Source of the DNA: Rhodocyclaceae bacterium
Lineage (GTDB): Bacteria > Pseudomonadota > Gammaproteobacteria > Burkholderiales > Rhodocyclaceae
Direction of reading: 5' to 3'
Assembly: GCA_020445665.1 (NCBI GenBank)
Contig: JAGRGD010000278.1
Location: 12,987 to 76,986 of the forward strand
Length of the DNA: 64,000 nucleotides
In this document: positions 1 through 12,174 of the stretch, piece by piece
Position numbering within the stretch: position 1 is the first letter of the stretch
Layout of the letters: every line of letters starts with the position of its first letter
The notes under the pieces: generated by a model
Databases searched by the model: none
Seen by the model: only the letters and a program-made list of their open reading frames with translations
What the model was told of the DNA's origin: nothing
Translations under genes and position numbers: made by a program

Positions 1-605
1 AGCGCATCGCGCTGGTGGTTCATCAGTTGCCCATGGGCCCAGTCGCGGAACGCACGGGTTTCATGGCGCATGCGGCCCCCGTCCATGAAGAGATCGCGCA
101 GATTGTGGGTCATGTGGCCGGAACCGATGATCAGCACGTTCTCCTCCCGCAGCGGCGCCAGGGCCTCGCCAACCGCGAGGTGATGGTGGGCACCACGGTC
201 CGGCTGGACCGAAACCTGGAGGACCGGGATGTCGGCGTCCGGGAACAGGAACATCAGCGGTATCCACGCGCCATGGTCGAGTCCGCGACGCGGGTCGGCA
301 CCGGCGGCGAGTCCGTTGTCGGTCAGGCGCTGCTTGATCCGCTCCGCGAGGGCGGGCGCACCCGGGGCGGGATAGCGCAGGCGATACAGTGCTTCGGGGA
401 AACCGCCGAAATCGTGGATCGTGTCCGGCTGCTCTGCGCTGCTCACCATCGGGATGTTGGTCATCCAGTGGGCGGACACCATCACGATCGCATCGGGCCG
501 GCCGAGCCGTGGGGCGTGGGCGCGCCAGGCGCTGCCGAGGTCATCGGCCTCGATCGCGGTCATCGGCGAACCGTGGGACAGGAAGAGCACGGGTTGGGCG
601 GTCAT
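1..605 (-). CDS. ygiD: 4,5-DOPA dioxygenase extradiol (YgiD / class III extradiol dioxygenase family); C-terminus cut by the window edge
   Basis: Not in the ORF track because there is no stop in the window. My own minus-strand translation from the ATG at 605..603 reads MTAQPVLFLSHGSPMTAIEADDLGSAWRAHAPRLGRPDAIVMVSAHWMT...IHDFGGFPEALYRLRYPAPGAP...GSGHMTHNL. This is collinear with E. coli YgiD as I remember it. The + ORF 15..776 is its antisense shadow. Confidence 0.8.
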   Translation of the reverse strand, partial: MTAQPVLFLSHGSPMTAIEADDLGSAWRAHAPRLGRPDAIVMVSAHWMTNIPMVSSAEQPDTIHDFGGFPEALYRLRYPAPGAPALAERIKQRLTDNGLAAGADPRRGLDHGAWIPLMFLFPDADIPVLQVSVQPDRGAHHHLAVGEALAPLREENVLIIGSGHMTHNLRDLFMDGGRMRHETRAFRDWAHGQLMNHQRDA

Positions 606-670
606 CGTCGGATCTCTGGTTGGGGTGGGGGCGCGGCGCACCGCAAGCGGTGCGCCGGGTTCGAGTGGCC

Positions 671-1105
671 TCAGGCGGCCTGGGGCAGGGCGGCTACGGT
701 CGGCGCTGTGCGACGGTCCAGGGCCAGGGCGCCGGATCCCATCAGAACCTGGGCAATGGCAGCCACCACCAGGTAGGCCGGGTACTCCCAGCCGCCGTTC
801 GGCGCGCTGAACACCCAGCCGTTGCCGGTGTGGACACTCAGTGCGCCGAGCAGGATGGGCAGCGTCGCCGCCGCTACGAGGCGGGTCTGGTAGCCGGCGA
901 CCAGGGCGATGCCGGCCAGCACCTCGGCCGGCGCGACCAGATAGGCAGCGAAGCCGGGCAGGCCGATCGACTCGAAGAAGCCCGCGGTTCCGGCGAGGCC
1001 GAAGACGAGGAACTTGAGCAGGCCGTGGGCAATGAACATCGTGCCCAGAGCGATGCGCAGGGTGGCGATGCCGTAGTCGCGGACAATGTCGTTTCGGGTG
1101 TTCAT
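671..1105 (-). CDS. DoxX family inner-membrane protein
   Basis: This is the C-terminal 144 aa of ORF 671..1486 (MNTRNDIVRDYGIATLRIALGTMFIAHGLLKFLVF...). It has four hydrophobic segments typical of DoxX. GGAGA lies 6 nt before the ATG at 1105. It is divergent from a LysR gene. Confidence 0.8.
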   Translation of the reverse strand: MNTRNDIVRDYGIATLRIALGTMFIAHGLLKFLVFGLAGTAGFFESIGLPGFAAYLVAPAEVLAGIALVAGYQTRLVAAATLPILLGALSVHTGNGWVFSAPNGGWEYPAYLVVAAIAQVLMGSGALALDRRTAPTVAALPQAA

Positions 1106-1222
1106 GGTGTTCTCCATTTCGTCAGGGGCGCGATCGGTGTCGCGATGGGCACACAGTACATGTCCCGATTTGTGGGATAAAGTGCGATACTTGTGAATAT
1201 ATATTGCCAATATAGGGATAAT

Positions 1223-2128
1223 ATGGACCGGCTCGAAGCCATGAAGGTGTTCTGTACCGTCGTCGAGGCGGGCGGTTTTGCCGCGGCGGCGGACCGCCTG
1301 GGCATCTCTACCTCGGCGGCATCGCGTCACGTCGCCCAGCTCGAAGGTCACCTCAACGTCCGGCTCCTCAACCGCACGACCCGGCGGGTCAGCCCGACCG
1401 ACGAGGGTTATGCCTATTTCGAGCGCTGCACCCAGTTGCTGGCCGACGTGGAAGAGGCGGATTCGATGGTGGCCGGCGGCGCCCACCTGCCCCGGGGGCG
1501 GCTACGGCTGACCGCGCCCGGCGCCCTGGCCACCCTGCGCCTGGCGCCGGCCCTGGCGGCCTTCGGCGACGCTCACCCCGAGATCTCGCTCGATATCGTG
1601 CTCTCGGAGAGCGTCGTGGACTTCATCGAAGAGGGTATCGACCTTGCGATCCGCGTCGGGCGCGTCGGCAGCGACAATCTGGTGGCCCGGCGGATCGGTG
1701 GCGCCCATCTCATCGCCGCCGCCGCGCCTGCCTACCTGTCGACGCGCGGCACGCCGAGGCGGCCGGACGAATTGCCGGCCCATGCGTGCCTGACCTATGC
1801 CCATGCGGCAAGCGGCAACGTCTGGCGTTTCCAGGATCCGGCAGGCGAGGTGGTCGAGGTTCGCGTCGCCGGCCGGGTCCATGCGAACAACGGCGTGTTG
1901 CTGGCCGAGATGGCGGCCGCGGGCTGTGGCATCACGATGGCACCGGACTTCATCCTCGAACCGATGCTCCGGGAGGGGCGGCTTGTGCCCGTGCTGGCGG
2001 AATGGGCGCCCCCGCCGCTGCCGATCCATGCGGTGTATCCGAGCCGCCGCCACCTGTCTGCCAAGGTGCGGGCCATGAGCAGCTTTCTGGCCGACTGGTT
2101 TCAGCAGGCGCCGGTCAGCTCACCCTGA
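1223..2128 (+). CDS. LysR family transcriptional regulator
   Basis: MDRLEAMKVFCTVVEAGGFAAAADRLGISTSAASRHVAQLEGHLNVRLLNRTTRRVSPTDEG is a canonical LysR wHTH, followed by a substrate-binding domain. The start is taken at the internal ATG 1223 of ORF 1193..2128. Confidence 0.9.
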   Translation: MDRLEAMKVFCTVVEAGGFAAAADRLGISTSAASRHVAQLEGHLNVRLLNRTTRRVSPTDEGYAYFERCTQLLADVEEADSMVAGGAHLPRGRLRLTAPGALATLRLAPALAAFGDAHPEISLDIVLSESVVDFIEEGIDLAIRVGRVGSDNLVARRIGGAHLIAAAAPAYLSTRGTPRRPDELPAHACLTYAHAASGNVWRFQDPAGEVVEVRVAGRVHANNGVLLAEMAAAGCGITMAPDFILEPMLREGRLVPVLAEWAPPPLPIHAVYPSRRHLSAKVRAMSSFLADWFQQAPVSSP

Positions 2129-2229
2129 GGCATGCCTCCGTCGTGTCGTGGAAGTCCTCAATTGCCGGACGTGGGTGACTCGCCAAGAATGCGGTGTTCG
2201 AGGCACACGATGGGCGCGGGGGGCGAGGA

Positions 2230-3009
2230 ATGGCACTGGTCGAGGTAAGGACGGACGGGGACATCGGCACGCTGGTGCTGGACAACGGTCGCAAACACAA
2301 CGCGCTCAGCCATGCCCTGGTGGACGAACTGATCGCGGCGCTGGCCGATTTTCGACAGCGCGAAATTCGCGCGGTGGTGCTGCGTGCGCAGCCGGGGGTC
2401 AAGGTGTGGTCCGCCGGCCACGACGTGGGTGAGCTGCCCGAGGGGCGGCGTGATCCGCTCGGGTGGGACGATCCCTTGCGAGAGCTGGTGCGGGCCATCG
2501 AGACCCATCCGGCGCCGATCATCGCGATGATCGAGGGGACCGTCTGGGGCGGCGCGGTCGAGACGGTACTGGCCTGCGACATCGTCATCGCCACGCCGGA
2601 GACCACCTTCGCCGTGACCCCGGCGCGCCTCGGCGTGCCCTATAACGTCAGCGGCATGATGACCTTCATGAGCGCGGCCAGCCTCCGGGTGGTCAAGGAG
2701 CTGGCATTCACGGCGGCGCCGATTGGCGCCGAACGCGCCGAGCGGGTGGGCATGATCAACCATGTCGTACCCTTGTCTGATCTGGAGACCTTCAGCTACG
2801 ACATGGCGCGCACGATTGCCGCCAATGCGCCGCTGAGCATTGCGGTGATGAAGGAGCAGCTCCGCGTTCTGGCGGGCGCCAAGCCCGTCAGTCCGCGTGG
2901 ATTCGAAAAGGTGCAGGGCCTGCGCCGCGTCGTCTACGACAGCCACGACTACGCGGAAGGCATCCGCGCCTTCAAGGAAAAGCGGGCGCCGCGCTATCTG
3001 GGGAAGTGA
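2230..3009 (+). CDS. ygfG: Methylmalonyl-CoA decarboxylase-like crotonase (YgfG/ScpB type)
   Basis: The protein is collinear with E. coli YgfG as remembered (GRKHNALS...KVWSAGHDVGELPEGRRDPLGWDDPLRELVRAIE...MIEGTVWGGA...TPARLGVPYN...YDSHDYAEGIRAFKEKRAP). The start is ambiguous (GTG 2194 or ATG 2230). Confidence 0.8.
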   Translation: MALVEVRTDGDIGTLVLDNGRKHNALSHALVDELIAALADFRQREIRAVVLRAQPGVKVWSAGHDVGELPEGRRDPLGWDDPLRELVRAIETHPAPIIAMIEGTVWGGAVETVLACDIVIATPETTFAVTPARLGVPYNVSGMMTFMSAASLRVVKELAFTAAPIGAERAERVGMINHVVPLSDLETFSYDMARTIAANAPLSIAVMKEQLRVLAGAKPVSPRGFEKVQGLRRVVYDSHDYAEGIRAFKEKRAPRYLGK

Positions 3010-3167
3010 CTTTCCTCCGACGATCGTCGGGCGGTAATGTGTGTCCGTCCTTGTCGAATTCGCGCATCGGTAACACTTTGTCTTAAGCTTACGACTTTGC
3101 GCGAAGCAACATCCTGACGCCCGATGGCTGCTCTCACAGCGGGCCACGGGGGAGACAAGCGGAACCC

Positions 3168-4355
3168 ATGAACGACTTCATCCAATCCTCGATGCCCGGC
3201 AGGCTGCTGCTGGCGGCCTGCGTTGCGTTGCTCGCCGCCTGCGTTTCGACCCCTGAAAAGGAGGCCGAGGCCGAGCCGGTCGTCGTCACGCCTGCAGAGC
3301 AGGCCGAGCAGGAAGCCGCACCCGAGCCGCCACCGCCGCCCAAGATCGCAACGCCCGCCGAACAGCAGGAGGCGCAACGGGTGGCCCTCAAAGTGGCCGA
3401 CCTCCTCGAAGCCGGCAAGATCGAAGAGGCCCACGTGGAAATCGAGCGTGCGCTGGAGATCGACCCGGCGAACAAGCTGGCCCAGAACTTCCTGATGCAG
3501 CTCACGGCTGACCCGGTGACGGCCCTGGGCGAGACTTCCTTCCCGTACACGGTCAAGTCGGGCGAGTCCCTGTCCAAGATTTCCGGCCGCTACATGGGCG
3601 ATATCTTCCAGTTCTACATTCTGGCTCGCTACAACGGGATCGCCGTGCCACGTCTGGTGGCGGCAGGCCAGACGATCCGGATTCCCGGCGACAGGCCGGT
3701 GGAGACCAAGGCGCCGAAGCCAGCACCGAAGCAGGTTGTCGAGACACCAGCGCCGAAGCCGACCGAGCCCCGCACGGTCGAGCCCGAGCCAGTTGAACAC
3801 AAGGTGGCCCAGCCCAAGGTGGCCGAGCCCGAGAAGGTGAAGGTGGAGCCCGAGGTGGTCGAGGTGCCCACCAAGGAGGCGCCCGTGGTCGAGGAGGCGA
3901 CCCCGGTCGAACTGGCGAAGCCGGTCGTGCCGACGGCTGTTGAAGTGCCTGCGGCCGTTGAGCTGGGCGGCACGCCGCCGGTGCTCGGGACGACGAAGGC
4001 CGACGTGTCTCCCGGCCCGCTCCCCCCGCCCGAGCCGACGCCCGCTGACCGCATGTTCCAGCGTGGCCTGCGCGAGCAGGCCCAGGGCAACAACCTGGCG
4101 GCCTACCAGGCATTCAGGGAGGCTTATGCGATGGATCCGAGCAACCGTGAGGCGCGTAGCAACGCCGATCTGATGCACCAGGAAATCGTCGCAGACTATA
4201 TGCGGCGCGCTCGCGCCGCCTTCGCCAAGCAGGATCTCAAGGGCTCCATCAAGCACTGGGATCAATTGCTGGACTTCGATCCGGGCAATGAGATTGCGAT
4301 GCTCGAGCGGCAGAAGGCGATTACGCTCCAGGAGCGCATCAAGTCCATCCAGTAG
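3168..4355 (+). CDS. LysM domain lipoprotein with TPR-like repeats and a Pro/Glu/Val-rich linker
   Basis: There is a lipobox LLAAC|V after a signal peptide. The LysM motif is YTVKSGESLSKISGRYMG...GQTIRIPG. Long PE/PK/PV low-complexity linkers are present, and TPR-like helices occur at both ends. Confidence 0.8.
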   Translation: MNDFIQSSMPGRLLLAACVALLAACVSTPEKEAEAEPVVVTPAEQAEQEAAPEPPPPPKIATPAEQQEAQRVALKVADLLEAGKIEEAHVEIERALEIDPANKLAQNFLMQLTADPVTALGETSFPYTVKSGESLSKISGRYMGDIFQFYILARYNGIAVPRLVAAGQTIRIPGDRPVETKAPKPAPKQVVETPAPKPTEPRTVEPEPVEHKVAQPKVAEPEKVKVEPEVVEVPTKEAPVVEEATPVELAKPVVPTAVEVPAAVELGGTPPVLGTTKADVSPGPLPPPEPTPADRMFQRGLREQAQGNNLAAYQAFREAYAMDPSNREARSNADLMHQEIVADYMRRARAAFAKQDLKGSIKHWDQLLDFDPGNEIAMLERQKAITLQERIKSIQ

Positions 4356-4392
4356 CGATGTGCCGGCCGGGTCCATGTGGCCCGGAGGCGTC

Positions 4393-4420
4393 GATGGGGC
4401 GGCCAGGGAGCCGCCCCATC
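4393..4420. terminator. Hairpin between convergent genes (possible bidirectional terminator)
   Basis: GATGGGGCGGC-caggga-GCCGCCCCATC is an 11-bp perfect stem. It lies between the stops at 4355 (+) and 4425 (-). The flanking T/A tracts are weak. Confidence 0.45.
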
Positions 4421-4424
4421 GCGT

Positions 4425-5300
4425 TTACGACTGGCCGAGTGAGCGCTTCAACTGGTCGATCTTGGGGTCGAGTCGCGCGGCGGCGTCGGGGTGGTAGGCA
4501 TGTGCGCGCTCGAAAGCCCTCAGGGCGGCGCGCAGGCGGCCGGTGCTCAGGGCCCGATCGCCGAAGGCTTCCCAGGTGCGGGCGATCTGCGCCCGCGCCT
4601 CATCATCGTCCGGATTGGCCTTCACGTAGCGCGTCAGCATCGCCAGGGCCTCGGTGAACTCGCCGTCGCGTTCGAGCAGCGCGGCGTGCTCAAGGGCACT
4701 CCGGTCCGAGGACGCTTCTGCCGTCGCCGGCCGCGCCTTGGGCGGTGCATCCTGGCTCGCAGGTGTCTTGTCCGGTTCAGGTTCGGCAATGCGGGCCGCT
4801 GGCGCCGTGGTGAGGTAGTCGTTGGCCCGTCCGATGGTCAGGCGGGTGGGCTTGCCGAGGAAGTAGCGACGATTGCGGGTGCGCTCGATCTGGCGGAGTT
4901 CATTGGCTGCTTCGGCTCGCTCGGGGTCGTTGGCAAGGGTCAGCAGGTAGTGCTTGACGGCCAGTTGCTCGTTCCCTGCGGCAAGTGCCGAACGCGCTTT
5001 GCCCAGGTGCTGGGATGCGGCCCTGTCAGCTGCGCGGCGCGAATGCCTCAGGCTGATCTCGTAGGCGGGTTCGTCCGGGCGGTAAAGGCTGAGCAATTCC
5101 CAGGCTTCGGCTGCTTCGCCATGTCGGCGCTGGCGGACCAGCGCCTGCGCCTGGGCGAGCTTGTCGCGTTCGAACGCGGATCGGGGCGACGTCGAGGGCG
5201 CAACGATGTCGGTGGGGGCATCCTGGACCGTCTGCGTGGCGCATCCCGCCAGGGCGACCGCGGTGGCGGACGCCAGCGTCGCGAATCGTTTCTTGATCAT
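4425..5300 (-). CDS. TPR-repeat lipoprotein, function unknown
   Basis: MIKKRFATLASATAVALAGC|ATQ carries a lipobox. The rest is helical and Ala/Arg-rich with TPR-like repeats. Its ATG overlaps the stop of the upstream deacetylase gene (ATGA at 5297..5300). Confidence 0.75.
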   Translation of the reverse strand: MIKKRFATLASATAVALAGCATQTVQDAPTDIVAPSTSPRSAFERDKLAQAQALVRQRRHGEAAEAWELLSLYRPDEPAYEISLRHSRRAADRAASQHLGKARSALAAGNEQLAVKHYLLTLANDPERAEAANELRQIERTRNRRYFLGKPTRLTIGRANDYLTTAPAARIAEPEPDKTPASQDAPPKARPATAEASSDRSALEHAALLERDGEFTEALAMLTRYVKANPDDDEARAQIARTWEAFGDRALSTGRLRAALRAFERAHAYHPDAAARLDPKIDQLKRSLGQS

Positions 5301-6345
5301 GGGTTGTCGAGGGGGCGTCGGGTTTCGACCCGCGCCTTGAACGCGGCAAGTGAGTGATCGCCGTAGATCATGGTCCGGTGGAGCATGTACTTCTCGGCAA
5401 AGAAGCCATTACCCCCGGGATTGACGGTCAGGCCCAGGTCGTATCGGTTCTGCTCGAGTTCGTCGAGCACACGCTGGTTGGCATCACCATACGGGTAGGC
5501 ATAGCGGCGGACCTTGATGGGCAACCTGGCTTCGATGGCCGCGCGCGGGGCCGAAACCTCGTCCCGGACCCTTGCCTGGTAGGCGGCTTCGTCCTCGCCT
5601 CGCTTGCGTTCGATGAGGTTCGAGTGGGTCCGGGAGTGGGCCTGGATGTCCACCAGGCCGCTGTCGGTCATCTCCTTCATCTGTTGCCAGGTCAGGGCAT
5701 CGCCGGCTCCGACGAAATCGGTGTAGAGGAACACCGTGGCCGGGAAGCCGTATTTCCTGAGAATCGGATAGGCGTGCTGATAGACCGTCTTGTAGCCATC
5801 GTCGATCGTGATCACGACGGCGCGCTCGGGCAGGGCCCTCTTGCCATCGAGGAAGGCCTCGAGGCTGGCGAGGGGAATGACCCGATAGTCGTTTCGGGCG
5901 AGCCAGGCCATCTGCTCGGCAAAACGCGATTCCGAGACGATCATCTTGCTCTTGCCCGATCCGAAGCGGTGGTAGCACAGGATCGGGACAGTCTGGAAGC
6001 CGGATCCGGATACGCCGAGGGGGTTCAGATCGGTCCGTGGTATGGCGAGGATCTGGCCGGCAGTGGGGCGCTTTACTTCGTTGTAGTCGGCAATGCGCCA
6101 GGCCAGATCGGCATCGCCCAGGATGCGTGTGGCGATGGACGCCAGGGTGTCGCCTTCGGCGACGCGGTAAAGCACGAAGCGGGCATTGGAAGCGATTTCC
6201 TCCCCGTCGGCCTCGACCGCGACAGGTGGCGCGTCGGGCTGGTTCTGAGAGGCGGACCGGGTCGGCTGGCCGGCGCAGCCTGCGAGAACCAGCGCCGACG
6301 CGGCCATCGCAATGAGCCCGCCGCGGAGGCGGCGTTGAGACATCT

Positions 6346-6349
<4 letters not shown>
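5297..6349 (-). CDS. LysM domain-containing polysaccharide deacetylase (CE4) lipoprotein
   Basis: The start is MKMSQRRL... with lipobox LVLAGC|A. The LysM motif is YRVAEGDTLASIATRILGD...GQILAIP. CE4 motifs are ITIDDGY, HSRTHSNL and YAYPYGD. The ATG at 6349 overlaps the kinase stop (ATGA at 6346..6349). Confidence 0.85.
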
Positions 6350-8361
<2,012 letters not shown>

Positions 8362-8489
8362 GCCGGTCGGCCCGTCACCCGCAGGGCCGCACCCGATCCA
8401 GGATGCATTATTCTTGGCGGGCCAGGCAGCCAGCAAATTGTCTAACGTATCGCATGATCGTGCCGTTATTTGATCCCGGACGCCGATGA

Positions 8490-10493
8490 ATGCGAGGCTT
8501 TCTTCGCCGGTATTGTCGCAAACATCCGCCCCGAGGAGGATCTTCGATTTTGCTTCGTACCCGCGTCTCCGCGATTTCCATCGGGGTGGCCTTCGTGATC
8601 ATCGTGCTCGAGCTGAGCGGCCTGTGGGCAGGGCGCCAGCTTGAACGTGCGATGCAGTCGTCCCTGGCATGGGGGCAGGAGAGCACCCTGAGCCTGGAGT
8701 TCGATGGTCTTCTCGTCAGGGCTGCGGGCGAGGGGGTTTCTGCCATCCTGACGTCCAGCCCGGAGTTCGCGGAGGAGTCGGCCAAGGCGATCGCGGCCGC
8801 CGGTGAGCGGCTTCGTGCGCTTGAGGCGCGGGATTGGGCGCAAGGTGACGAGACCGGGCTTCGCGCGCCGCTGAGGGCCTTGCAGAACAAGATCCTGTCC
8901 CGTCTCGAGGCGGCGCTCCGTCCGATCGAGGAGATCTCGGCGGCACCCGTCGAGGCCCCGCTTGAAGCCGCCGAGGCGGTGTATGCCTACGAGGAAGATC
9001 TGGACCGGCTGCGCGAGCTCGTCGCAGGTCTGGAACAGGCCATGGCGGCGAGCATCGGTGCCGAGGTCGATCGCTGGCGCTCGATCGGGGACCTCCTGGC
9101 GGCTGCTCGCCTGCTGGCCCTGACCTCGCTGGTGGTTGTCCTGACCCACCTGCTTCAGCGCCGCGTCGTGGCACCCCTGTCCGATCTGTCGGCCGCGGCC
9201 CAGAAGGTCAGCTGCGGGGACTTCACGACCAAGGTGGTGGTCGCCGGCGATGGCGAGATCGGCAGGCTCCAGCAGGATTTCAACGGCATGACGGCGCGCC
9301 TCGATGAATACTGCGAGGAGGCTAGGGACCGCGAGGCGAGCCTGCGGGATGCGCTCGAGCGTGCCGAGGCCGCAAATGCGGCCAAATCGGCCTTCGTCGC
9401 GAGCGTGAGTCATGAACTGCGCACGCCGATGCACGGCGTCATGGGCACGGCAGACATGCTGCTGCGGGGTGGCCTCGACGAGGCCGCGCGGCGTGGCGTC
9501 ATGACCATCCGCAGTTCGTCAGAGGCCCTGCTGACCATCATCAACGATGTCCTCGATCTGTCCCGCCTTGAGGCCGGACGGATGGAGATCCAGTTCGCTC
9601 CGGTCTGCCTGCGCGGACTGGTGGCCGAGTGCGCGGCGCTGGTCGCGTCTCGTGCCAGCCAGCGGGGGCTGCGCCTGGAGACGCAGGTTGATGACGCGGC
9701 GCCCGAATGGTTCGTGGGCGACGGGGGACGCGTCCGCCAGATCCTGATGAATCTGCTGGGCAACGCGACCAAGTTTACGGAGTGCGGGGTCATCGAGCTC
9801 TCGGTTGGCGTCAGTGGTCCGCAGGGGGGGCTGTTGCGCTTCGAGGTCACCGACACCGGTCCGGGCATTCCGGAGGAGGCCGTGGCGCGTATCTTCCAGC
9901 CCTTCGAACAGGCCGACAGCTCGATTGCCCGCCAGCACGGGGGGACTGGACTGGGCCTGGCAATATCGAGCCGGCTGGCCCACGCCATGGGAGGCGACCT
10001 GATCGCGCAAAACCGCCCCCAGGGGGGCGCCCAGTTCCTGCTTACCCTGCCGGCGACACCCTGCGACGCGCCCGAGACGACGGCGGCGGCACCGGGTATC
10101 CCGGAAGGGGAGTTCCGCGGCCATGTCCTGGTGGTGGAGGACCACCCGGTCAACCAGGCCCTCGCTGAAGCGATGCTGGCCGAGTTGGGGTGCACCTGCG
10201 AACTCGCCGGCGACGGCGCCGTGGCGATCGAGGTGCTGGCCGCGCGCAACTTCGACCTGATCCTGATGGACTGTCAGATGCCGAACGTCGACGGGTTTAC
10301 GGCGACCCGCGCGATCCGCGCCAGCGAAGTGGAAGGTGGTTCCCGTCAGACCATCATCGCAATGACCGCCGGCGCCATGCAGCATGATCGCGAGGCCGCG
10401 CTGGCTTCCGGTATGGACGATTTCCTGGCGAAGCCGTTTACCCTCGACCAGATGCGCGAGGTGCTTTCGCACTGGTTGCCTGTGCGGGTCTAG
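8490..10493 (+). CDS. Hybrid sensor histidine kinase/response regulator (HAMP-HisKA-HATPase-REC)
   Basis: The H-box is SHELRTPMHGV. N/G boxes are LLGNATKFT and DTGPGI...GGTGLGLAIS. The receiver is VLVVEDHPVNQ...LILMDCQMPNVDG...KPF. An alternative TTG start at 8550 sits 9 nt after GAGGAGGA. Confidence 0.85.
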   Translation: MRGFLRRYCRKHPPRGGSSILLRTRVSAISIGVAFVIIVLELSGLWAGRQLERAMQSSLAWGQESTLSLEFDGLLVRAAGEGVSAILTSSPEFAEESAKAIAAAGERLRALEARDWAQGDETGLRAPLRALQNKILSRLEAALRPIEEISAAPVEAPLEAAEAVYAYEEDLDRLRELVAGLEQAMAASIGAEVDRWRSIGDLLAAARLLALTSLVVVLTHLLQRRVVAPLSDLSAAAQKVSCGDFTTKVVVAGDGEIGRLQQDFNGMTARLDEYCEEARDREASLRDALERAEAANAAKSAFVASVSHELRTPMHGVMGTADMLLRGGLDEAARRGVMTIRSSSEALLTIINDVLDLSRLEAGRMEIQFAPVCLRGLVAECAALVASRASQRGLRLETQVDDAAPEWFVGDGGRVRQILMNLLGNATKFTECGVIELSVGVSGPQGGLLRFEVTDTGPGIPEEAVARIFQPFEQADSSIARQHGGTGLGLAISSRLAHAMGGDLIAQNRPQGGAQFLLTLPATPCDAPETTAAAPGIPEGEFRGHVLVVEDHPVNQALAEAMLAELGCTCELAGDGAVAIEVLAARNFDLILMDCQMPNVDGFTATRAIRASEVEGGSRQTIIAMTAGAMQHDREAALASGMDDFLAKPFTLDQMREVLSHWLPVRV

Positions 10494-10588
10494 GGAAGCA
10501 CGCCGGCGCTTCCGGCGGCCGGACGCCGCTCGGCGCAGGGCGCCTTGTCGTGCGCAGGGCCCGGGGCTTTGCGTGCATACTGGCGGGC

Positions 10589-12034
10589 ATGATCGCGTCG
10601 TTTCCCGAGTGGCTTGCCGACGAGGACAACTGGCTTCTGGTGGCCACCATCACCGTGTACGTGCTCGCCCTGATGAGCGCGGTGCGCGCGGTCATGGTCA
10701 CACGGACGGCGCAAGGCGCGATGGGCTGGGTAATCGCCCTGCTGACCTTGCCGATCGTGACCCTGCCCCTGTACTGGGTGTTCGGGCGGACGCGCTTCGA
10801 GGGCTATACCAGCCGCCGCGCGATGATCACTGCCCGCGCCCGCGCCGAACTTGAGCCCCTGTGGCGACTGCCTGACCTCGAGGAGACCCCGAACGCGGCA
10901 TTGCGGGGCCTGCACGGGATGGCACACCAGCTCTCCGGCGCGGGGTTCCTCGGGGGGAACGACATTCGCCTCCTGGTCGGCGGCGCGCAGACCTTCGACA
11001 CGATCCTCGATGCGATCGCATCGGCCCGGCGCTTCATCCTCGTCCAGTACTACATCTTCGACGCCAAGGGGATTGGCGCTCGGGTCGCCGAGGCGATGAT
11101 GGAGCGGGCGCGGGCGGGGGTGAAGGTCAGTTTCATGTACGACCCGATCGGCTCCAGCCTGCCGCGCCGCTTCCTGGCGCGGATGCGGGAGGCCGGCATC
11201 GCATGCAGCCAGTTCGACACCACCCGCGGGCGGGGCAACCGCTTCCGCATCAACTTTCGCAACCACCGCAAGATCGTCGTCGTCGATGGCCGCATTGGCT
11301 TCCTGGGCGGCGTCAATGTGTCGGACGACTACTTCGGCAATGACGAACGCAGCGTCTGGCGGGACGCCCATGTGCGCGTCTGCGGACCCGCCGCGATGAT
11401 CGGCGCGGCCACCTTCGTCAAGGACTGGTACTGGGCCAAGCGGCAGCTGCCGGAGATGGACTTCGACCTGCCCGAGCGGGCCGGTAGCGCCCGGGTGTTG
11501 CTGTGGGCGACCGGGCCGGCCGACGAACAGCCGGAGTGCACCGTCTCCCTGCTGTCGTCCTTCAACGCGGCGCGCGAACGGATCTGGATCGCGAACCCGT
11601 ATTTCGTGCCGACCGAGCCGATTCTGCAGTCACTGCGTCTGGCGATCCTGCGCGGGGTGGACGTCCGGATCGTGGTGCCCTATCGGGCGGATCACAAGGT
11701 CGTGCGGCTGGCCTCACAGATGTATCAGGCCGACATCGTACGCACAGGAGGCCGCGTCTTCCGCTATCGCCGGGGCATGATCCACACCAAGGCGTTCGTG
11801 GTGGACGACGTCCTCGCGAGCGTCGGCTCGGTCAATCTCGATCATCGTTCCATATTGATCAACTTCGAGATTGCCGCCTTCAGCGACGCGCCGGACTTTG
11901 TCGCCGCGGTCGAATCGATGCTGACTGACGACATGCGTGACAGCCGGGAGGTGTCACTCGAGACGGTTAACCGGCGCAGTTTCCTGAACCGGCTCGCCAC
12001 GCGCTCGGCCAACCTGCTGGCGCCGATCCTCTGA
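10589..12034 (+). CDS. clsA: Cardiolipin synthase
   Basis: There are two N-terminal TM helices and two HKD motifs (NHRKIVVVDG..GG.N and MIHTKAFVVDD..GS.N). The C-terminus resembles ClsA. An alternative start lies at 10550. Confidence 0.9.
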   Translation: MIASFPEWLADEDNWLLVATITVYVLALMSAVRAVMVTRTAQGAMGWVIALLTLPIVTLPLYWVFGRTRFEGYTSRRAMITARARAELEPLWRLPDLEETPNAALRGLHGMAHQLSGAGFLGGNDIRLLVGGAQTFDTILDAIASARRFILVQYYIFDAKGIGARVAEAMMERARAGVKVSFMYDPIGSSLPRRFLARMREAGIACSQFDTTRGRGNRFRINFRNHRKIVVVDGRIGFLGGVNVSDDYFGNDERSVWRDAHVRVCGPAAMIGAATFVKDWYWAKRQLPEMDFDLPERAGSARVLLWATGPADEQPECTVSLLSSFNAARERIWIANPYFVPTEPILQSLRLAILRGVDVRIVVPYRADHKVVRLASQMYQADIVRTGGRVFRYRRGMIHTKAFVVDDVLASVGSVNLDHRSILINFEIAAFSDAPDFVAAVESMLTDDMRDSREVSLETVNRRSFLNRLATRSANLLAPIL

Positions 12035-12174
12035 TCGGAGTCACGCGCGTTTCGCTGGGCTGATGTGCCGTGGAGTCGGCTCAAGAGATCCGGCAAGAGT
12101 GCCGGCAGCGGTGAGGGTGCCGGGCCGCGCTGCCCCTGCACCAGGGGTCCTGCAGGAGAAGCGCGGTCGGCGGG

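Noticed and set aside
15-776. 253-aa plus-strand ORF at the window start
   Set aside because: It is antisense to the clearly recognisable ygiD-type dioxygenase, which I translated by hand on the minus strand (1..605).
3690-3960. Repetitive-looking Pro/Glu/Val/Lys-coding DNA in the LysM lipoprotein gene, and a similar stretch in infB (59440..59700), considered as repeat arrays
   Set aside because: These are in-frame low-complexity linkers with imperfect, non-periodic repeats. There is no spacer/repeat organisation, so they are neither CRISPR arrays nor mobile-element termini.
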